Shown here piece after piece: positions 46,824 to 58,800 of a stretch of DNA of 64,000 bases. This DNA is from Azolla caroliniana (taxonomy: Eukaryota > Plantae > Polypodiophyta). Every line of letters starts with the position of its first letter. Within the stretch, counting starts at the first letter, position 1. The DNA lies in NCBI GenBank assembly GCA_043228905.1, contig JBHGNT010000006.1:19964001-20028000 (forward strand), written 5' to 3'. Below the pieces are notes generated by a model that was given only the letters and a program-made list of their open reading frames with translations, was not told the DNA's origin and ran no database searches. Both the position numbers and the translations under genes were made by a program.

Positions 46824-49800
46824 ATGAGGCTATGGTTAGTCTCTTCCATCACTATATAAGGAGGAGAGAAAGATGTATATGGTTGTTGATTTTTTTATAA
46901 GGGTGGATTAATATAAAATATTCGTGGGATTCACGATTTTGCCATCTATTTCTCTCTTACAATATGAGTATCAATTAATACACTATACTCGTGGCATTCA
47001 TGATTTTCATATCTTCTTCTTGCAATCTATTCCTAACTAACATTATCTCATATTCTTCTTTCTCCTAGTCCAAAACCCCAGCGGTTCCCACCCGACTCAC
47101 GCAAACGATCCGGCGCTGAAAGGCACGACAACATATCCTATGGAACCCATGTATTAGAGATGAATCTAATCAATTAATTGGATCAAGTAAGGGGATGTCA
47201 TGGGGATACATTGCGGACAGTCCAGGAAAAAGTATAGAATGTTGGAGACGGTTTATGTCATTGCCAATACAAGACCAAGCCAACATACTCCATGGAATCA
47301 TGGGCGGATGGGTTATGAGATCTGAAATCATCAATGCTTTAATGATTAGGGAACCTGACCATCAAAGGACGACAACAGAGAAATGGGTAGGCTACGAGGA
47401 GGGTTCTTTGATCCCAAGAGGTAGGGAAACACCAGACAGGATCGCAAGCTCTGAATTGCAAGACAATGAGACACCAACACAGAATAAGGCAATTCAAGTA
47501 CTAGTGTATATTGGGCATAAATGAATTGTGGATCCTGATCTTGGCAAAGTACAACCAGATTGGCACATATGTACTCACGAAAATACATGGCTACATAAGG
47601 TTAGTTGGGACCCTTTGCAATGGACATGGCATGATCCTTACGCGGGGCAATGAAGCAAGCCCATCCCTTTCTTTCAATGCAAGCCACTCTAAAAAGCCAA
47701 TATAATGGCCTCAAAGGCGACTCCGATGGAGTTGAAAGACAACGACTAGCCTTCATCCAGCAATGGTCGACCACCCCCTTTATTGAGTCAGTGGGCATCC
47801 ACATAAGGTGGACCTATCGTGCCCCTATAGGGATTTGTATATATTAATCTCATATGTAAAATTCTATAACTAATGGAAGGAGTTTTTTTTGGAAATAAAA
47901 TAAAATAAGTATGCTCCATTTTGCAAATAAGCAATTATACAATTATATTTATGATAAGCACATCATGCACATAATTTTTCATCTTAGGATCATTTGAAAC
48001 CTGGATTTACTAATTTTCATTCAATTGAGGAGATTTTAGTGCATAATTTTCTATCTTAGGAGCATTTGAAACTTGAATTTACTAACTTTCATTGGACTAC
48101 TATGACGATGTAGGATCATATTCAAGAGAGGAGATTATAGTACAGATGAACTAGGGAGAGGAATGACATTTAGTGTGGCCATAGTTGTTAAAAAAACGTG
48201 TATTCTATGTTTAGAATGCGTTCTAGAATACTCTGAAGTATTTTGCACATATTCTACCTTTTACTCTGCCTGCCATTGCATAATATTTCACTTATTTTAC
48301 ATATTCTAAGTATTCGATGTATTTCACATGTTTAACAAGTATTTATTGTTTCCAAAAAGTTTTTTTATTTTATTTTTAAAAACTGTAAAGTTTAAGAAGT
48401 ATTTAACCTATTGAAAGTATTTTACATGTATTCTACGTCTTTAACATATTTTATCTGTAAGATACGTATTTTAAGTATTTCAAAAAGAAAGGTAGAGTAC
48501 TTTGCATACATATCCTACGTGTGTTGTATGCTAAGTATTCTAAAAGTTTGGCACATAAGCTTGGTAATGATAAAGTTGTTGAATAGAGAGGGTGTGGCGT
48601 GGATCTTAGGAGGGTCATACCTTTGGTGTGGATAGTATTTTTTCATATTCTTCTTATCTCTTTATGTTCACACTTATGAACCTATCTTTTCCCTCGAAAC
48701 TTTTATAGATTCGATTCCGCACATCAAATGACGTTACATACTGTCCTACCAAAAAAACATCTCTCTAGAAAGGCTCTATTTTTTAGGATAATTTATCGTC
48801 GCTTTCTCGTACATGGGTCCATTCTCACGAGTTGTGGTTCATTCACAAATGTGCACTTTCTATTTTCTAGTGTGCCCCAATATCTTCATATATAAGAAAA
48901 AATGTGTACAAACATCTATTGACCCGCTATCATGAAATTTCCCAAAATAATCGCCCTGTTTTTGCATGAGAATCGCGACAATGACTCTCGTGTGCCCCTA
49001 AGGAGATTGTGGAGAGACAAACACATAATTTTTTCGGGTCAACTAAAGAGATAAATACATTATGTATTTTGTATTTCGCCTATGCTAAGAAAGAAATTAT
49101 AGAACTTGATTAGCTATCATTGCTCTGCTTGCTAAAGACAACTTTGTAGTGTCCCAAATCAACAATTTTTTCCTAAGTGATAACATTACGGACACACTGT
49201 TGTTACAGATTTTGGTGGTATTGGTTACGTTGCATGGTCAATTGCAATTTGGGACGAGTAGACCATAAAAATCTTGGAGATATGGTGTACAAGTATGTGT
49301 AGTTATTGTGCATATATACACATCAAATCGGCTATGATGTAAGCACAATGGAGTCGGTTGGTATTCTCCTTTATCCAATACAACTTTTGTATTTCTTGTG
49401 ATTTTATAATACCAAGGCTTATCTCTTTTGTAGAGAGAGACGAAAGGAGACTTGTGGAGGGACGAAAATGTGGAGGTTTTATAGTTAGTTGAAAGAGAGA
49501 AGGGAAAGTGTAATATAAATTTCAAGAATAATCAGTTGAATTTGATTAGTGTCTTTCGATGTCTTAACAATCGGTAATCGGTTTGAGAGTGTCAAACTCA
49601 AACCGTTAAGGGAGGTTTTAGTTGAGAATGCAGAATATGACTAGGAGAGAAATGTGTGTATGAATAGGAAGGGGTACTCTGGAGAATTTTGAAAGGTGCC
49701 TATGAGGGGTATTCCGGGAATTACATAAAATTATTACAGCTACATTTTTGTCCATCCCTCTCCTCTGTTTTACAAATTACATTGCTCTGTTCCTTCAGAA

Positions 49801-49838
49801 CTGCTTCCCCCTGTTTTCTTTTTCCACCAATTTGGGCT

Positions 49839-52800
49839 ATGGATTCCACCACCAGAAGAAGATTGCATGTCATCAATACACAAATAATTCCTCCTCCTCC
49901 TCTTCAAGGTGCACTAAAAAAAAAAACAGGCTTGATGTATATGAATGAGCTAATGATGTTTGATCTGTTAGTTAAGATACCCTCTTTGATCGGTTTGACA
50001 GAGAATATCTCTCTCTGTGCTATGGTTTTTATTCTAGCTAAGAGTGCAGATTTGATATGATTTATCAGATTAATTCGGTTGTACTGTGTTTTGGTTATTT
50101 AAGCTAATATCATTGATCTCAACTTAGCAGATCATTTCTCTTTGAATTTTTTTCTTGAGACAACTGAACATATTTGATATGATTTAGTAGAAAGATTTTG
50201 CACTACTCTGTTTTGGTTAGCTGAAAGAACCATCTTTGATGGATTTAGCAGGCCAATGTTGTTCTATCATGTTTTGGTTTTTCCTAGAGAACATTTTTTA
50301 TATAATTTGTCAGAAATGTTTATTTTTATGACATTTTGACTCTAGCTAAAATAAACTTGTTTGATGTAACTGAGTAGAAGGTTTCTTTTATGATACGTTC
50401 TGGTTACCATTTTATTTTGTATAAATCATATAATCCATAACTAGCCCTCTCTGTCCCCGTCCCCGTTTACAGATAACCATACTAGAGGTTCCTTTTATGA
50501 TCACAGAGATCAAATGTGTAAGTTTGATGCAAAATTTCGATGCTTTTAAATAAAATGTGTCATTTTTGTAGAAAAAGACAGGGATCTAGACTAACTCTCA
50601 TACAACAAGACCACTTAGAAAACTTAAGGAAATATAGTAGATTAGGAAAAACGAGCACTGATTACAAAGATGTAGAATGGTTTATATTACCAGTTTCTAC
50701 AGGAGTTATAGACCCAACAGTTACTATATTAGGTTCACACAATTATAACTATATTCACACCTAACAACTACTTAACTAGGTTCAAACTATTCTAAGTGTG
50801 TTCACACCCAACAATTACTTAACTAGGTTCACACTATTATAACAATGTTCACACCAAATCTTTCATAGGATACACGTTAAGTGTAACAAACCCCCCTGAA
50901 GTGAATGGTGTGGACTTGAATGTGGTCACTATCTAGGTGTTGGAAGGATGCCCAATTCCTTGCGAAAATATTCAAACTTTTCGCTTGATAGAGCCTTGGT
51001 GAAAATTTCTGCAACATTTTCATGAGTTGGTACATAGACCAAGGTTATCTCTTTAGCATGGAACTGCTCCCTCACATAGTGATAGTGCACCTCAATGTGT
51101 TTTGTTCGTGCATGGAAGACGGAATTTCTTGCAATAGCCAAAGCACTTTGACTATCTGTAAATATACAAGTAGGAGATGGTTGCTCAAGTGACAAATCAG
51201 ACAATAATCTCCTGAGCCAAACACATTCTACTGTGGCGCTGAATGCTGCTCTATATTCAGCTTCACAACTTGATGTTGCCACTGTTGGCTGCTTCTTGCT
51301 GAGCCAGGAAACACAGGAATTGCCGATCATGAGACAATTGCCACTATGTGAGACACGAGTGTCGTAGCAGCCAGCCCAATCACTATCAGTGAAGGCTGTT
51401 AAAGTAGATGAATTTCCTTCTCCATAGAAGAGGCTGAAATCCATAGTACCTTTGAGGTACCGGAAAACTCGCTTGGCTGCTTGCCAATGCTTTGTTCTAG
51501 GGCCGTGCATAAACCTGCTTAATTGCGAAACAGCATATTGAATATCAGGTCGCGTGTTGCACAAAAATATCAAACAACCTACAGCTTGCTGGTATAAGAG
51601 TACATCAGTTGGTTCTCCTTTGTCTTGGTATGAGAATTTGAATCCTGCTTCTACAAGAGTGGAGATTGGCTTGTAGTCTTCAAACCTGAATCGTTGTAGG
51701 AGCTTCTTGATGTACTTTCGTTGACTGAGAAAAATTCCCCCCTCAACAGTGATAAATTGAATGCTGAGGTAGTAATGGAGATGACCAAGATCTGTAAGTT
51801 CAAATGTCTTACTAAGATCAGCTTTGAAATCTGCAATTTCTTGCTCAAGTCCTGTGATTAGCAAATCATCAACATAAAGCACAACAATTAGTAATTTTTC
51901 TCCATCCTTTCGGACATAGAGAGTGCTTTCAGTTGGGCTGTTGACAAAACTGAGTTGAAGAAGATGAGCATGAATCTTTGCATTCCACGCTCGGGGTGCT
52001 TGCTTCAAGCTGTACAAAGCTTTAAGTATAACCTGCAAACTTTAGTTTCTGCACCTTTAATGATAAAACCTGGAGGTTGAGCTACATAAACCTCTTCTTC
52101 TAAATCTCCATTTAAGAAGGCAGTTTTAATGTCTAATTGGTGAACGTTCCATCCCTTAATTGTTGCTGCAGCAACTGTAGCTTTGATTGTAGTCATCTTT
52201 GAATTGGGGGCGAAGGTTTCTTCATAGTCTATCCCCTCTTTTTGGGAACAGCCTTTTGCCACAAGTCTTGCTTTAAAACGATCAATGCTTCTATCCGCAT
52301 TACGCTTGACTTTGTAAATCCACTTGGTGGCAATTGCTTTTCTACCTTTAGGTAGATCACATAACTCCCAAGTGTTGTTCTTGTAGATGGACCCAAGTTC
52401 TGATTTCATGGTTTCAACCCAATGGTCATGTGCTAATGCATCCTTAAGAGAGAGTGGTTCCTCATCACAAATTTCAGCGATAAGAGCATGATGCACATAA
52501 TGCAGTTCAACTTGCTGACTAGTTGATTGGGTTTTACCTTGAAGAGGAAACTTGAGTTTACTGTCCATAAGGGTGTTAATCAGCCATTTAGGAACTGTTC
52601 TTGCTTGCTGTGAGGAGTCTTGTTCTTCCGCCAATTCCATGTCAAGATCATGTGGGCTAATGACCTGTAAGTCAGCATTATCATCAACAATGTTTGGTTG
52701 CTCATTTTCAACCACATTGGGCTGTTGCAAGAGATCAATTTGAGTATTGCTTGGTAGCTCTACATCTCTATTTGGAGCGTGTTGTTGCTGATGCAAAACC

Positions 52801-55800
52801 TGCACATTACCTCCATGAGTTTGGGTTAGTCGATCACCATCAAACACAACATTTTGGAGCAATGGTAACAAAGTATCAAATGCATCTGGTTGATCAACAA
52901 TTGGCTCTTTGGAGCAATCCACAAGTGGTTGAGTTGCATTTTTAGCAAATATCACATCCCGGCTGATGATGATCTTACCTGTAGTGGGCTGAAACAATCG
53001 ATAACCTTTGCTTTCTTTGCTGTAGCCAACAAAGATGCATTTTGTTGCTTTGTCTTGAAGCTTATGGCGTTGCTGTGGTGGCACAAATGCATAAGCCAAA
53101 CTTCCAAAGATTCTCGTGTCCATCAACATTTGGCTTGTGACCAGTCCAAGCCTCATACTGAGTGATAGTTGTCATTGCTTTTGAGTGGCATCTATTCAAA
53201 ACATAGTTTGCACACATTACAGCTTCCAACCAAAGTTTATGAGGTAGCTTCTTACCGTTGAGCATGCATCTTGCCATCTCCATGAGAGATCTATTCTTTC
53301 TCTTAGCCAAACCATTTTGTTGTGGTGTGTATGGAGTGGTGCATTGATGAATAATACCTCTATCCTTCAAGAAAGCATTGAACTCGTGAGACATGTACTC
53401 ACCCCCTCTATCAGTGCGAAGAGTAATGAGTTTGTGACCGCGAAGATTTTCAACAAGGTGTAAGAATTCTTTGAAGCATGAAAAAACATTAGATTTCTCC
53501 TTCAAAGGATATACCCAAGTGTGTCGGGTAGCATCATCAATGAATGTAAGAAAATAAAGATAACCTCCAATTGATGGTGTCCTCATTGGGCCGCATACAT
53601 CACTATGTACAAGTTGAAGCTTGTGTGTTGCCAAAACATTTGCATCTTTTGGAAATGAAAACCTGTGCATCTTTCCTAGAATACAGCCCTCACAAACATG
53701 ATTAGATGGTACATGAATGGAAAGAAGATTGCATACCATGTCATGGTTGCTAAGCCGTGCAAGGCTGCTGAAATTTAAATGGCCGAACCGAGCATGCCAT
53801 AGTTCAGAATTGCTTTGTGTTTGGGCATCCACCGCTAATGCATTTTGGTCATCAAATTTCTGATATATGTCAAGCTTGTAAAGGTTGTTGAACAAACTAC
53901 CTGTTATGACAATGATATCGCCCTTTGTACGATCATGTATTGTGCATTTGTCAAAGAGAAAATGGACAAGGTATCCATGCATAGCAATGGCAGAAACAGA
54001 AAGAAGGTTTTTCTTTATGCCAGGGACATAGAGAACATTGTTTAAGGTGACTACATCCCCATTGATAGCTGTAATATGAACTTGACCAATGCCTTTTATG
54101 ATGTAAGAAGCATTATTGGCACAAGTAACGGTGCCCGCCTTATGACAAGCATCTTCAAGTGTGACGAAGAAATTTTTGCAAGAAGTTATGTGTTTAGAAG
54201 CACCGCTATCAAAATACCAAGCATCCGTAGAGTCACTTACCGATAAGCATACGTCATCCTTTGAGGGATCATACATTGTATGTATCGAGAATGCCCACTC
54301 ATGTTGAGCAATGTGTGCTTCTACCTTCGTACCAGTAGAGGTGGTAACATTAAGACCATACTGTTTTTTCTTCTCTTCACTAGCTTTCCTTTTTTGACAT
54401 TCGTTAATGTCATGGCCTGGTTTACGTCAAAAATTACACCTTATCTTCTTCTTCTCATCATGGAAAGTTGAGGCATCATTGCCTTTAGAAGGAAGGTTAT
54501 TTTGTTTTCGTCCTTGTTGGCCTTTGAACTTGGAATAGGTAACAAAGGCTTGATCACCACTATTAAGAACATCTCGATTTGCTAAAGATTGAAATTCCTG
54601 TAAGAGAAGGGAGATTAGCTCATCAAAGCTGAAGCTCTCTTTACCTCTTGTAAGAAGCCTTATTGTTGTGGCAAAGCCTTGATATGAATCCGGAAGCGCG
54701 GCAAGAACTTTAGAATCTAGTTGCTTGTCTGAAATCACTTCATCAATGTTGAGTAGTTGTTCCTTGAAGTCCTTGATTTTTGTCACGAATGCATCCATGG
54801 ATTCACCTTCTTGCATCCTTGTTTCTTCAAGTTGTCGCTTAAGCATAGCGACTCTTGCTTCATTCCTTTGAGCATACAGGTTCTTTAACATATGTGGAAC
54901 AATGTGACATTGGACCAATAATGCGATGAGAGCATGGGCTTGAGCATCCTTACCATCCCACTTAAGTTGTGAAGAAGTAGATAGTTGAGTGGAGCTTGAA
55001 GCATTGTTTGTGTCAGTTGCTCCTGAATGGGAGGGAGAGTTTGGAGAAGAACTTGAAGTTGGACGTTCATCGGATCCGATGACAATGTCCCATAGCTGCT
55101 TTGCTACCAATACATGTCTCATCATGTACGCCCACATAGGATAGTTAGTACCATCCAACTTCTCTTCAACATTAAGCATACTGAAAATATTAGTTTGCTC
55201 AGCCATTGCAGAAGCAAGAAATATGGATGAGATATTGTAGTACTTGGTGGTTATATTCACCAAAATGTACTAAAGCAATATAATATTGAAGCAATAGATG
55301 AGAGATAAGAGTTACTCTGATGTGCTGAAAATTTATTTGTTGTGGTAAAAACTGGTTGCTGCAGTTGCTGTGCAGTTAGGGTTTGAGACTGCTACAAAAT
55401 GCGTTTTGACTATACCTCCAAAAACAAAAATCTGATTTGGGTGTGCACGTAGTCAGAAGAATCAGCTCGTAATCTACTTTTTGAAAATGTGAAAATAGAG
55501 AAAGATCGCCTTTGCTACAGCTTTCTGTTCAAACTTTTGTTGCTGTAGATGGAGAGGTTTGATGTCTTCTTAGGTGGGAAGAGATAAACAGAAAGTTCTG
55601 TCTATGCCTATTTGGAAGGATAGGATAGAGAAAGTAACCTAAACCTGCTCTAATACCATGTAGAAAAAGACAGGGATCTAGACTAACTCTCATACAACAA
55701 GACCACTTAGAAAACTTCAGGAAATATAGTAGATTAGGAAAAACGAGCACTGATTACAAAGATGTAGAATGGTTTATATAACCAGTTTCTACAGGACTTA

Positions 55801-58800
55801 TAGACCCAACAATTACTATATTAGGTTCACACTATTATAACTATATTCACACCTAACAACTACTTAACTAGGTTCAAACTATTCTAAGTGTGTTCACACC
55901 CAACAGTAACTTAACTAGGTTCACACTATTATAACAATGTTCACACCAAATCTTTCATAGGGTACACGTTAAGTGTAACAAACCCCCCTAAAGTGAATGG
56001 TGTGGACTTGAATGTGGTCACTATCTAGGTGTTGGAAGAATGCCCAATTCCTTGCAAAAATATTCAAACTTTTCTCTTGATAGAGCCTTGGTGAAAATGT
56101 CTGCAACATTTTCATGAGTTGGTACATAGACCAAGGTTATCTCTTTAGCATGGAACTGCTCCCTCACATAGTTTTGAATGGTTACCTTCGTGAGGATTTA
56201 TGATGGGGTGCTATATATAGTGAAAAGCTTTCTTGAATATAGATTTCTGGAGCAATAGCTGATACCTGTCAAAGTTTTCAATATTAGTCTCTAAGATTTC
56301 TAAGGAGAGAGTAAGTTTCACTAAACTACATTTATTTCAGGAGAGAGTGGACTGAGCTTGCAGCACACAGCTGGAGAGTTTTATATCAGTGAGAACATGT
56401 TTTAATTAAAGCACATTTCATTATTCATGCATTCTGAAGAAGGTTGATAACTAATATTTTTCTTTTGGATAGACAATGGCTATAGTGTTGAACTACCAGA
56501 GAAACTCAGTACTGGTAAATGGAATGTCTATAGGTATTGTTTAAACATAGTTCTTTTTGTTCAGATCTTTATTTAATTTTAGGGGAGAAGTTTGAAATAT
56601 GCCTGAGTTTTTGTTATTTCCCCAAAAGCCCTTGAACCCCTGAAAGAGAGGAAAAGTAGGATGACTTTACCACATAGTTTGATCAAATAGCATATATAAT
56701 TTCCCTTTCAGGGGTTGTGCAAAGCCATCTGGGGGAATAATGAAACTTAGTGGCATTTGGGGGCAATAAAGAAGAATTCAAGGGTAGTTCAGGTCTTTTC
56801 CTTAATTTTACTACACACCAGATATTTATGGATTCTTTTGTTGGAGAGCTAGATCTGCACGTTCTCCATTAAAACTGATGGATCACTTTCCTGATCGCCC
56901 TGATGATCGAACTTTGCATGACAATTTTGTGTGAGTAAATTTTTTTGATGGTGTGCTGATAATTGGAGCATATAACTCCATCTGATTCAATGAAATTTCA
57001 AGCAGACGGTAATACTTTTCAAGTAAAACGTTGATCCAGGTATTCGACAAAAATGTTTCAAGACTTGAATTATCTTGGCACGAGAATGCAAGAGGATGGA
57101 AATGTTGGAGAGTAAGTGTGAATGTGTTGCTTGCAGAAAGGTTTCATTTTCTTCCTGCTAAATGCTATTAAAGTGCATACATACTGAATTATCTTCGAGG
57201 TTAACCTTAAGAAGTGCCTCTTGCATAAATGAAGGATGTTGCCATTTAATATATGATCAATAGTTGTTTCAATAATATGCATCCTTATCACGAGGAATAC
57301 TTTTGGAGTTAAGATACAAGTGGATGACCTATGGTGAAGCTGGGACAGCTAGAGCAGCCATTGGATCTGGTTTAATTTTACATGGGATTTCCAAGGTGGA
57401 TGGCATAATAATTTATCAGCTATTGATCTATAAAATGTTAATACAACTATGTGCTTTCTCCAGCTGTGCACCCAAGAAGTGGGTCTGGAAAGGCTTCAGA
57501 GACAAATAAACTCATACTGATCATTGACAAACAGGGCTCTTGCATTGGGCTGTACTCCATCAATCGGCCAGAATGGCTCATTACAGAGCATGCATGTTCA
57601 TCTTATTCTTTCATCTCTGTTCCTTTATATGATACACTTGGTAAGTTAGTGTTTTCTAAATATTATTGTTGTTGTTATTTTGGGGGGAAAATTCGAAATA
57701 CACTTGAGTTTCTCTTTATTTCCCCAAATGACTTAACTCAACCCTCAAAGGAGATATTTATGTGCTATTTGAGCAAATTATTTGGTCAATTGTCCCCTTT
57801 TTCTCAATTACGTATGTGGTCAGTTCATCCCATTTTCCCTCTTTCGGGGACTGAAGAAATCTCAGGGCATTTGGGAATATCAAGAAAAACTTGGGGGTAT
57901 CTCAGTTTTTGAGTTTATTTTTTACTATACATTTTAGCACCACAGCTTATTAATTCTATCCTCACAGGCCCCGATGCCGTAAAGTTCATTATTGATCATT
58001 CTGACATGGCATGTGTGTTCTGCACTGCTGACAAACTTGAGATTGTAAGCTTTTCCAATCTCTGATTTTACACATGCTTCTAGAAATTAGAACTGGATTT
58101 AATTGATGACGAAGACAAGTTACAACGTTCCTCTATCAACTTTAACTTAGTTTCCATTTTATTCTGTTTCATCAACAAAATGTTGTTTAAGATAAAATGT
58201 GGATTCACATTGTATTGTCTCTAATGGTATTTATATTTTTACTTTCAGGTCCTCAACTGTATTTCTGAAAAATCTTCTGTGCAGTTGGTTGTGGTACTAT
58301 CTGGTTTTTTAGCATTGTGATTTTGAAAGGTGTAACGATTATAAATTTGCAATCATTTACTTTATAGGTAATTGGGGGAAATGACACGCTACTACATTTG
58401 CTTTCTTCTAAACCAGGGGTAGATATTGTTTCTTATTCAAAGCTGCAAGAACAAGTAAGTGTCCATATAAAAGGAGACATGCATTGTCCCTCATCTTTCA
58501 TTGATTGATTCAAAGAAATTGGTTCACTTTGGATAAAAATATGCTTTTCAAGTTGTTAACATATGTCTGAAACATGCTCACATTATTAGGACTTGAATAT
58601 CTGTTCAATCCTTAATAAATGGATTCCCATTACAGTTTTGGCATTATAAATTAAAAGTATGATTCAATGGGCTTTCTTGGTGCCAATTTCCTCCGTTTTT
58701 TTATGTATGTGCTCTGTGCTGTCTTTAAAATTCCAGCGTTGAGATTCGATTTATGGATATCTGCAGTATAAGATATGAATTTTTTCTTATGGATTTTTTG

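Larger units (their letters stand above)
38320..47130 (+). mobile_element. Solo LTR of the element A family, split into 38320-38732 and 46824-47130
   Basis: The two halves join at the ATGAG TSD to give a complete TGTCGTAG...GGCACGACA LTR. Flanks AGGT/ACAT, with LINE sequence on both sides. Confidence 0.88.
28100..47908 (+). mobile_element. Decayed L1-clade LINE, interrupted by Copia 2 and by a solo LTR that itself contains a chromovirus
   Basis: ORF1 remnants ~28230-29780 with the degenerate knuckle CFACKKFGH. ORF2 from 35366: APE endonuclease MKIVTWNVQG, NVYAPN, WCIGGDFN; RT CPGIDG, LDFEKAYD, FADD. Continues after 47130 (ILWNP..) to an A-rich end at ~47900. Confidence 0.85.

Noticed and set aside
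770-47134. One giant element from LTR 774 to LTR end 47130 with TSD ATGT/ACAT
   Set aside because: The LTR at 38320-47130 interrupts a continuous L1 ORF2 and has no PPT, so it is an independent solo LTR.
47968-48560. Short ~55-bp duplication (47968 and 48040) and AT-rich TATTCTA-motif tract as a defined element
   Set aside because: No termini, TSD or coding signal could be established by eye.
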